Positions 51,669 to 59,321 of a stretch of 64,000 nucleotides of DNA are shown here, piece after piece (the first letter of the stretch is position 1; the number at the start of each line of letters is the position of its first letter). The notes beneath the pieces are model-generated. The model made no database searches, had not been told where the DNA came from, and worked only from the letters and a program-made list of their open reading frames with translations. The translations under genes and the position numbers were made by a program. The DNA comes from an uncultured virus (IMG/VR IMGVR_UViG_3300032167_007852) (Duplodnaviria; Heunggongvirae; Uroviricota; Caudoviricetes): IMG/VR virus record IMGVR_UViG_3300032167_007852, positions 1 through 64,000 of that record, one strand, 5' to 3'.

Positions 51669-52850
51669 ATGGCTGATAGTACTGTTATTTATACACGTTT
51701 ATATCCAAGATTAGAAAAAGCTTTATCACAATCTAATAACGTAGCTAAATTAAAAGAGTTTTATAATGAAGTTATATCAAGAAATAATGAAGCTTTATCT
51801 GATACTATACCTAGTAAAACTGTTTTTGTTGATAGAAGAGTTGAAGCAAAATTTTATCAGGCGATAGATATACAACCTGAAGAAGTTATGCAAGCACTTA
51901 AAGCTTCTGATTATGTGGGTGATAATTGGCACACTGTCCAAAATCCAATGTATGTATTATTGATACTATTAATTATATATTTCAATAATAAGAAAAAAAC
52001 AGATATGGTTAACTTATCTATGTTAATTTGTTCAATTTATGCTTATAAGAATGTCAGATCTAAATATTTTAGACAAACAAGTGAGAAAACTATAAATTGT
52101 ATGAAGGCAACAATTGATAGATTGTCTTATAAAAACGACTTTAAAAAATGTGGTTCTATATTAAAAACTTTAATGAAAAAAGGCGATTCTTTTTTAAATA
52201 ACTGGTTAGTTGAACGTAAAAAAGAAACTGTTGGGGTTGAAGTTACAGATAAGACAATTTGTGATATGGTAAATAGAAATCATAGAGATTATGCTAAATT
52301 ATTGAATAATTTTTATGCTGAATTTAGAAAAGACTTTGACGCTGGTAATTATTCCAACGTTGATAAAGATATAGATACTGAAGATGAATACATAGAATCA
52401 GATAATGTATCATTTATGGTTGAAAAAAATACACAAAAAGTAATGAATAAATTTATACTATCAACATATCCTAACGGGAAGATAATGGAACAAGTTTGTG
52501 AACGTGAAAAAGATTGTTCTATGAATAATCTCAGAAACATGTTACATTATGTATATAATGATCATGAGCGTGATTTCGAGAAATTAGTTAGAGTTATAAT
52601 ACAAGTTTATTTATTCGATAAAAAGAAAAAAGTAGAAGACTTAAAAACGTACGATTTTGAAATAGAAATGAAAGATTATTATAAAACACAAAAAATAAAT
52701 GATAAAAACTTACAGGAACTTAAAGCTATAGTTGATAAAATATTTAAAAATTCTAATATAAAAACAACAAGAAGTGCAACTATAAATGCATGTAAGAGAG
52801 CATTTTATTTATATACTGTAGTTTATATTAGATATTCAATAATAGGATAG
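51669..52850 (+). CDS. Late hypothetical protein co-transcribed with the RNAP subunit
   Basis: 393 aa, GAGGAG RBS, late-promoter motif at 51621. Confidence 0.75.
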   Translation: MADSTVIYTRLYPRLEKALSQSNNVAKLKEFYNEVISRNNEALSDTIPSKTVFVDRRVEAKFYQAIDIQPEEVMQALKASDYVGDNWHTVQNPMYVLLILLIIYFNNKKKTDMVNLSMLICSIYAYKNVRSKYFRQTSEKTINCMKATIDRLSYKNDFKKCGSILKTLMKKGDSFLNNWLVERKKETVGVEVTDKTICDMVNRNHRDYAKLLNNFYAEFRKDFDAGNYSNVDKDIDTEDEYIESDNVSFMVEKNTQKVMNKFILSTYPNGKIMEQVCEREKDCSMNNLRNMLHYVYNDHERDFEKLVRVIIQVYLFDKKKKVEDLKTYDFEIEMKDYYKTQKINDKNLQELKAIVDKIFKNSNIKTTRSATINACKRAFYLYTVVYIRYSIIG

Positions 52851-52865
52851 GAGTGATATATAATT

Positions 52866-53585
52866 ATGATGAATAAAGCTAAAAGAAAAGAGATGGAAGA
52901 TTTAATATATGGATTCTTTGATTTATTTGACCCATCTGGAAGAAACACTGAATATTATAGAAATAAGTTTAAAAGTATGTCAGATGCTGAATTCGATCAA
53001 TACTTTAAATTGCTATTTGAACAAGATGACCCATATTTAACAGCAACTATGGTTGATTACGAAAATCCATTAAAAATAGAAAATATAGAAAAGGCTGCAA
53101 AATTTTTAGATGTACCATTATTTGAAAAAGTTGTTTTACCTTATGCAAGTCAAGATCCAAATAATCCAATAATAACTAAACATGAATGTCTAGTTGGATA
53201 TTTAAATATAAAACGTTTACAACAACTTAACTTCAAGAAGATAGGTATATCTACGGATATAAGTGAAAGAAATATGATAACTGGTCAGGTTGCAGGTCAT
53301 GATAAAAACTCAAGAAACTCTGACCAAGAAACTATAGCGTTACTTACAGTAGGTGCAAATGTTTCATTAAAAGAACTTATGTCTATGAGAGCTGATGATA
53401 TGGTTATGAAAGCTGAAATGAATAAAAAGATAGCAAGAGATGGTTATGTTGCAATGAATGAATTAACAGATAAATTATCAAATAAAACAACATTAAATTC
53501 TGCAGCAGTATTCTTTATAGGTGCAGGATTAATGACAGACTTAGTAATGAACGACTATTTCTTACCAAAAACTTTAGATGAATAA
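52866..53585 (+). CDS. Split multisubunit RNA polymerase, beta C-terminal fragment (phiKZ gp149-like virion RNAP subunit)
   Basis: VGYLNIKRLQQ...ITGQV...SRNSDQETIALLTVGA...LKELMSMRADD parallels the RpoB C-terminal GYxYxxKL...TxQP...RFGEMExxAL...GA...LxE...SDD pattern. Confidence 0.8.
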   Translation: MMNKAKRKEMEDLIYGFFDLFDPSGRNTEYYRNKFKSMSDAEFDQYFKLLFEQDDPYLTATMVDYENPLKIENIEKAAKFLDVPLFEKVVLPYASQDPNNPIITKHECLVGYLNIKRLQQLNFKKIGISTDISERNMITGQVAGHDKNSRNSDQETIALLTVGANVSLKELMSMRADDMVMKAEMNKKIARDGYVAMNELTDKLSNKTTLNSAAVFFIGAGLMTDLVMNDYFLPKTLDE

Positions 53586-54337
53586 GATACCTTAAGGTAT
53601 CTTATTTTTTTCTGTAATTTGTAGAAAAACGATACCATATTATAATAGTGAGGTAAAATAAAAATTAGAAGGAGAAATGATATTATGAAAAAATTAAATC
53701 AATATTTAGAAAGTATAATAGAAAGATATGAAAGTTTCGATCCAGCACACAACAAAGATCATGCAAGAATGGTAATACAAAATTCAGAATACATTGCAAA
53801 AAACATGATGAAAGATGAACATGTTGAGTTAAACATAAACATGGTAAAAACAATAGCAGCAATGCACGACCTAGGATTAAAATATGACAGAGAAACACAT
53901 CACCTAAAATCAGGTGAAATCGTAAGAAGAGAAGAAGAGTTAAAAGAATACTTTAACGAAGAGCAAATTGAAATAATAGCAAAAGCAGTAGAAGAGCATA
54001 GAGCAAGTTACAAAGGAGAATACACAAGTATATATAGCAAGATAGTTTCAGACGCAGACAGAATGAATGATATATACACAATGATAGAAAGAACATATAA
54101 ATGGAACAGAAAACATTATCCAGATAAAAACAACAAAGAAATATATGAAGAAGTAATAAGTCATTTACAAGACAAATATGGAGAAAAAGGATATGCTAGA
54201 TTCAATACAAAATATGCAGAAGACATGTTAAATGAGTCAAGAAAAATAATAATGAATGAAGAAGAATTCAACAAAATATACGAAGACATGTATGGAATGG
54301 AATGGAAATAAGATACCTCAAGGTATCTTATTTTTTT
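53581..54337 (+). repeat. 31-bp near-identical terminator palindromes flanking the HD gene (53581-53611 and 54307-54337)
   Basis: AATAAGATACCT(T/C)AAGGTATCTTATTTTTTT, 30 of 31 identical. Confidence 0.85.
53685..54311 (+). CDS. HD-domain phosphohydrolase
   Basis: DPAHNKDH, AAMHDLG, HH, EEHR, DADR. Confidence 0.88.
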   Translation: MKKLNQYLESIIERYESFDPAHNKDHARMVIQNSEYIAKNMMKDEHVELNINMVKTIAAMHDLGLKYDRETHHLKSGEIVRREEELKEYFNEEQIEIIAKAVEEHRASYKGEYTSIYSKIVSDADRMNDIYTMIERTYKWNRKHYPDKNNKEIYEEVISHLQDKYGEKGYARFNTKYAEDMLNESRKIIMNEEEFNKIYEDMYGMEWK

Positions 54338-54383
54338 ATAACATATATAACAAATATTTAGAATAGAAAGGGGAATGATATAA

Positions 54384-54863
54384 ATGAAAAAGATTATAAT
54401 TGGAAAATTGATAAAAAATATAGCAATTATAGGTTTAGCCCTTATCTTAACTTTATGTTGTTTAGGGTTGACAGGATGTCAAAATAATGAACCTGAACCA
54501 ACAAAAGAAAATATTCAACAAGAAATTGATGTTGTTGTTTTAGAACAAGAATATTTTGCAATAATGAGATTGATAGATAATGTGTTATTTACAATAACAG
54601 AAGACGAAGATTTAACAATGAACGATGCGATTAATTTATTTGATTATATGACAAAAAATAGAATCAAACCAACACAAAAACTAACTATAGAATTAGATAA
54701 TTGCTTAGACGAATTAATGGAATTAGGATTAAAATATACAATAGCTGCAAACGAACAAGAAAAAGCTGAAATAGAAGAAGAAATAACTTTAGTATTAGAT
54801 AGAATGAATGAACTAATGATTGAAATAGAAGAAATAATAAATAATAATTACGAGTTTATATAA
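54384..54863 (+). CDS. Predicted lipoprotein with acidic helical body
   Basis: Basic N-terminus, hydrophobic core, lipobox LTGC. Confidence 0.75.
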   Translation: MKKIIIGKLIKNIAIIGLALILTLCCLGLTGCQNNEPEPTKENIQQEIDVVVLEQEYFAIMRLIDNVLFTITEDEDLTMNDAINLFDYMTKNRIKPTQKLTIELDNCLDELMELGLKYTIAANEQEKAEIEEEITLVLDRMNELMIEIEEIINNNYEFI

Positions 54864-54948
54864 TTTTATATAACAAATAACAAAATATTAATAGAAAAGC
54901 ATCGAGAAAACTAAATAAAAAATATAAATTAAAAAGGAGAGATTTTAT

Positions 54949-55542
54949 ATGAACAAAAAAGTTAAAAGTTTATTAGTAGCAGGTTTATTAGTATTTGGAA
55001 TGAGCGGAAATGTATTTGCAGACGATGTACATGTTAATGATGCGTTAATTGTTGAAAATATAAAATTAGATGAAGTGTTCATATTCCAAGATAACAATGT
55101 TTTTTTAGAACTAGATGGACCATCTAATATTTTATTAGCAGATATAAAAGCAGCATGGGTTGAAAATTATAATATAACATACGTTAAATTAATATTAAAA
55201 GATGGATCTGAAGTTAATGTACCAATGGAAAAAATAAATGTAGAAAATAATGGGTCTGGATTGATACGTAATAGTGTAGATCTTGACGATCTTGACGATC
55301 CTCTTGGAGCATCAGATGTAAAAACTGTAAAAATAGGAATAGATTATAAATATCCACAAGATGAAGATGGAAACGGTGTGCCTGATTTTAAAGATGACGA
55401 ACCAGTCGATCCACCAGTAGAAGAAGAACCAGAAATACATGATCCAAATACAGGAGATGCTGGTATGATGGTTGGAGCAATAACAGTAGCAGCAGCAAGT
55501 ATAGGATTATTTGTAGTTAATAAAAAGAAAGATGAAGAATAA
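54949..55542 (+). CDS. Secreted cell-wall-anchored protein (sortase substrate, DPNTG)
   Basis: Sec signal peptide ending VFA-DD; acidic Pro-rich stalk; DPNTGD + hydrophobic helix + KKK tail. Confidence 0.85.
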   Translation: MNKKVKSLLVAGLLVFGMSGNVFADDVHVNDALIVENIKLDEVFIFQDNNVFLELDGPSNILLADIKAAWVENYNITYVKLILKDGSEVNVPMEKINVENNGSGLIRNSVDLDDLDDPLGASDVKTVKIGIDYKYPQDEDGNGVPDFKDDEPVDPPVEEEPEIHDPNTGDAGMMVGAITVAAASIGLFVVNKKKDEE

Positions 55543-55605
55543 GTAAAATAGAGTGGAGAAAGATTCTCCACTCTATTTTTTATTTTAGTATAGGAGGTAT
55601 AATTT

Positions 55606-56274
55606 ATGAAATTAAAGAATGTTATAAATGTAATATTAATTGCAGTATTATCTATAAGTTCATGGGAAATTGGTCAAAAGCAATGGGAATATTATAAAGC
55701 TAAGAAAACTTATGAAGAAGTACAAAACGAAAAAACACGATCAAATGATACTAGTAAGTATTTAAAAGAGCATGGATATGATTGGATAACAGTAGAAGGA
55801 ACTGCTATAGACTATCCTGTTATGACATATACAGATAATATTTTTTATATCAATCACGATTATCAAGGGAATGAAAGCAATAGTGGAGCTATATTCTATT
55901 GCTCTAGTGATGAACCTTTTGATGGTAAGTATACAATGTTGTACGGACATAGTATGAAAAATGGAACAATGTTTAATAACTTACATTATTTTCAAAAAGA
56001 CCATCAAAGATTTAAAGAGTCTGTATTGACTATAGAAACGGCAGAAAATACAAAAACATTCAAGCCGTTTGCTTATTATGTTACAAATAACAATTTCTTT
56101 TATAAACAAATTGACAATATGGAAACATCTGATGCTGTGGCATTGATAAAACAAAATAGTGATTATTTTATTAATGGTGTTGAATATGATGAGAATAGTC
56201 ATATAGTTGGATTATATACATGTGATTATAGTGTTAAGAATGGTAGATTGATTGTATTTTATATATCAGAATAA
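55606..56274 (+). CDS. srtB: Class B sortase
   Basis: N-terminal anchor; WITVEGTAIDYPV, LYGHSMKNGTMF (His), LYTC (Cys), NGRL (Arg). Confidence 0.9.
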   Translation: MKLKNVINVILIAVLSISSWEIGQKQWEYYKAKKTYEEVQNEKTRSNDTSKYLKEHGYDWITVEGTAIDYPVMTYTDNIFYINHDYQGNESNSGAIFYCSSDEPFDGKYTMLYGHSMKNGTMFNNLHYFQKDHQRFKESVLTIETAENTKTFKPFAYYVTNNNFFYKQIDNMETSDAVALIKQNSDYFINGVEYDENSHIVGLYTCDYSVKNGRLIVFYISE

Positions 56275-56322
56275 TTTTTTATAATACGATATACAATTAT
56301 TTAGAAAAGGAGCGTGAAAAAA

Positions 56323-56520
56323 ATGGAAATGTTAATACAATTAATAGCTTGGATATTATTTGGATTCATAGGATTTAGATGGGCAGAGAAATTAAATGTT
56401 GAACATGGAATGAATTTTGACGCTAGAATTTGGGCAGCAATCGGATTCCTATTAGGTTTAATAGGATTAGCTGGATTAGGAATATATGGGCATTACAAAA
56501 TAAGACATAAGGGTGAGTAG
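56323..56520 (+). CDS. Small two-TM membrane protein
   Basis: Paralog of 19156-19368. Confidence 0.7.
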   Translation: MEMLIQLIAWILFGFIGFRWAEKLNVEHGMNFDARIWAAIGFLLGLIGLAGLGIYGHYKIRHKGE

Positions 56521-56522
56521 AG

Positions 56523-56711
56523 ATGAAAGGAACTTTCAATTTAGTTTGCGATGTGCTTATAATAGGTATGTTATTAGTCACAGGATTAATCGTTATACAA
56601 GACGTGGTTATGAAAGGTTTATTATCTGCTGTAGCTTGTGCAGCAATATTCCTTAAATTGAAAGAACTATATTTAGTAATAAAGAAAAATCATGATAAAA
56701 ATAAAGAATAA
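56523..56711 (+). CDS. Small two-TM membrane protein
   Basis: Two hydrophobic segments; terminator follows. Confidence 0.65.
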   Translation: MKGTFNLVCDVLIIGMLLVTGLIVIQDVVMKGLLSAVACAAIFLKLKELYLVIKKNHDKNKE

Positions 56712-56820
56712 GTTATGGTGATTTAAGTCACCATAACTTATTTTATTACTGTAAAAAGGTGCTATTTCAATGCTATATTATATAGATGAAGTAAAATAAA
56801 AATATTTGGAGGTAGATACC

Positions 56821-57171
56821 ATGGCTATAAAAAGAGAAGATATAATGAAAAAAAGAAATAAAGAGTTTAGTCTTAGTGAAGCGATAGATTTAGCAGCTGT
56901 TGAAGCAATGAAAGGAAATGAATATAGTAGAGCAATAACAATGTATTGCTTAACTCATAATTCAATGAGTGATAAAGAAAAAGAAGAAGCCTTAGATGAA
57001 TTAGGAGAATTATATGTGAATGATTTTTGTAAGAAAATTATATCTTGGGCAGAAGAGTCTGTAATAAAAGATGAATTTGTTAAAAGGATACCAGAAGTTA
57101 GAGATGAATGGAAGCAAACACATGTTGAGAGCTTAAAAGCACAATTTAAAGAATGGGATAACTTAGATTAG
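56821..57171 (+). CDS. Early hypothetical protein
   Basis: Early-promoter variant at 56765; GGAGGT RBS. Confidence 0.7.
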   Translation: MAIKREDIMKKRNKEFSLSEAIDLAAVEAMKGNEYSRAITMYCLTHNSMSDKEKEEALDELGELYVNDFCKKIISWAEESVIKDEFVKRIPEVRDEWKQTHVESLKAQFKEWDNLD

Positions 57172-57222
57172 TAATTTATATGTTCCAAAAAATAAATTAT
57201 AAAAATTTTAGGAGGTAAGTAT

Positions 57223-58137
57223 ATGAGAGAACTAAATATAAAAGGATTTGTAAATGAAATGAGTTATGATTTAACAATGCAAGAATTAGAAGCAGCTGTA
57301 ATAGATTATCAAGAAGTGATAATAGATTATTTTGTAAATAACATGTATAATTATAAAGCTAAGAAAGAATTTAATGAAGTGTGTGAAATCATTAGAGGAA
57401 AAAGATTTATGAATACAATTTCATATTTAATAAATTCAGGAGATTCAAGAATTAACTTTAATATGGCATTTGTATTATATACAGCAACACATCATATAGA
57501 AGATAAAGAATTAGCAAATGAAGCTTATATGTTAGGATATCAATTAAGAGAAATAGAATTAGGAATGAATATAACAGGACATAAAGAAACTGATATAGTA
57601 ATATTAATGTCTTCAGTTAAAACAGTTAGGGGATATGAAGTAACTCCATTCTTTAGATCTAAAGAAGTTGAAAACATTTTAGAAAATTTACCAGAGATAT
57701 TATTTAAAGCATATAATGGTAAATATTCAATAAGTGCTATAAGTGAAAATGTTTTAGGAGCAATATTAACACAAGCAATTCCAGATTTACAACCAGAAGA
57801 ATTTGTAACAGCATGTTGTAAAGCAGGAATAGATAAGAATATAGATGAAAAACATAAACCATATGCAACAAGAATACAATCATTCTTATATAAAACTTGT
57901 GGTGCATTATCTGAAGAAAAATTTGAAAAAGCATTACACGCAGCTTGTAATTCAATAGTAAGATTTAATGAAAGAACAGGAAGAAAAGAAACGTTAATAG
58001 ATAAATATCTTAATTATAAATTATTAGAAGCAGTTGTAAATAATAAAGATATGAAAGTTCCTGAAAATATAAAATTAGCATATGCTAAAATGAACAAATT
58101 TAAAATCAATAACGAAAAATTTAAACATTTATTCTAA
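57223..58137 (+). CDS. Hypothetical helical protein
   Basis: 304 aa, AGGAGGT RBS. Confidence 0.75.
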   Translation: MRELNIKGFVNEMSYDLTMQELEAAVIDYQEVIIDYFVNNMYNYKAKKEFNEVCEIIRGKRFMNTISYLINSGDSRINFNMAFVLYTATHHIEDKELANEAYMLGYQLREIELGMNITGHKETDIVILMSSVKTVRGYEVTPFFRSKEVENILENLPEILFKAYNGKYSISAISENVLGAILTQAIPDLQPEEFVTACCKAGIDKNIDEKHKPYATRIQSFLYKTCGALSEEKFEKALHAACNSIVRFNERTGRKETLIDKYLNYKLLEAVVNNKDMKVPENIKLAYAKMNKFKINNEKFKHLF

Positions 58138-58208
58138 TGATGAATCAAATAATCAATAAGGATAAATTTATCCTTATTGATTAACTATATTTAATATAAC
58201 AAGTAATT

Positions 58209-58560
58209 ATTGTTAACATGATTAAGTTTAATAATAATTAAAAATACAAAACTGAATATTCTAATACCGTAGGCTAAGGTCTAAGACTATGCCAAAAGTA
58301 TGAACCTGAGAGAAAGAGAGGGGTTAACCTGAAAAGGTGTGAATGGTATGAGTACCAGCCAAGCTCGAGTAATTAGGTGAATGGATATTCTAATGTTATA
58401 GTAAGCTAAGGATTTTAAAATCTATGCTGAAGACATTAATCCTGAGAGAAAGAGAGGGGTTAACCTGAAAAGGTGTGAATGGTATGAGTACCAGCCAAGC
58501 TCGAGTAATTAGGATATAATAAGTATATACAACATTATTAGACTTAATCATGTTAACAAT
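58209..58560 (+). ncRNA. Candidate novel structured RNA with two tandem units inside a long terminal stem
   Basis: 29-bp inverted repeat 58207-58235/58534-58562; identical 73-nt GC-rich repeats 58305-58377 and 58441-58513; covarying receptor hairpins; AACA-N6-TA motif puts +1 at 58209. Confidence 0.75.
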
Positions 58561-58591
58561 AAAAATTATAAAAATAAAGGAGAATGATATT

Positions 58592-59122
58592 ATGAATAGT
58601 GAATTAAAATTTTACAAATTAATGAAGTATGGTAAAGAAGTTGAAATTGGTTATGTTGCTTATAATGACGGTATATGGGTGAAATATAAAGATATTGGAA
58701 ATTATTTTGGGTACCGAATGCATACGTATTCAATAATATGGAATGATATAAAAGATGAATATAAAGATACAATAACTGTTAGTTTCACGGATCAATATGG
58801 TGACGTTTATCCAGATGAACAAGATTTCATTCATATATCAGTGATATTAGATTTAGCAAGACGAAATGATGAATTAAGTAATAATGCTAGAACTATGGTT
58901 TACGATTTAGAAAAGAATACACCATTAGAAGGAGAAGTATCTGAAGCTGAAGCTGTTAATGAATTCTTAGAAATTTGGAGAGACCCGAATACAACTAATG
59001 TTAAAATAACATATACAGTTGTAGATGAGGAAACAAAGAAACGTGAAGAGTTGTGGAAAGCTTGGAGAAGATCAGGTGCTAAAACAACATGTCCTAGTTG
59101 GATAAAAGATGTATTAAAATAA
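58592..59122 (+). CDS. BRO-N-like DNA-binding protein
   Basis: IWVKYKDIGNYFGY...FIHISVILDLARR resembles BRO-N (WFxxxDxxxxLGY...FIxExxxYxL). Confidence 0.6.
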   Translation: MNSELKFYKLMKYGKEVEIGYVAYNDGIWVKYKDIGNYFGYRMHTYSIIWNDIKDEYKDTITVSFTDQYGDVYPDEQDFIHISVILDLARRNDELSNNARTMVYDLEKNTPLEGEVSEAEAVNEFLEIWRDPNTTNVKITYTVVDEETKKREELWKAWRRSGAKTTCPSWIKDVLK

Positions 59123-59143
59123 TCATGTGAGGAGAAAAAACAG

Positions 59144-59257
59144 ATGACAAAACTTACAAAATATTTAATAGCAAATGGTTCAGTTACATCAATGAACCGT
59201 AAGGAAACATTAATAATGAGAATAAAAAGGAAGTTTCGAAGCTTCCTTTTTTGTTAA
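59144..59257 (+). CDS. Possible 37-aa peptide
   Basis: GAGGAG RBS; the 3' end overlaps a terminator hairpin. Confidence 0.35.
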   Translation: MTKLTKYLIANGSVTSMNRKETLIMRIKRKFRSFLFC

Positions 59258-59321
59258 AATTTATATGGGTATATACAATGAATTAATAAAATTATGGAAT
59301 AGGAAAAGGAGAATAATTAAT

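Noticed and set aside
58256..58513. Known riboswitch or RNA call (c-di-GMP-I, c-di-AMP/ydaO, T-box, glycine, RNase P, hairpin ribozyme) or mini-CRISPR
   Set aside because: Only generic modules or short words are shared (tetraloop receptor, GGGGUUAA, AGAGA, GGUGUGAA); the diagnostic cores are not recognisable; two 73-nt repeats with a structured, covarying spacer do not fit CRISPR. An Rfam search is still needed.
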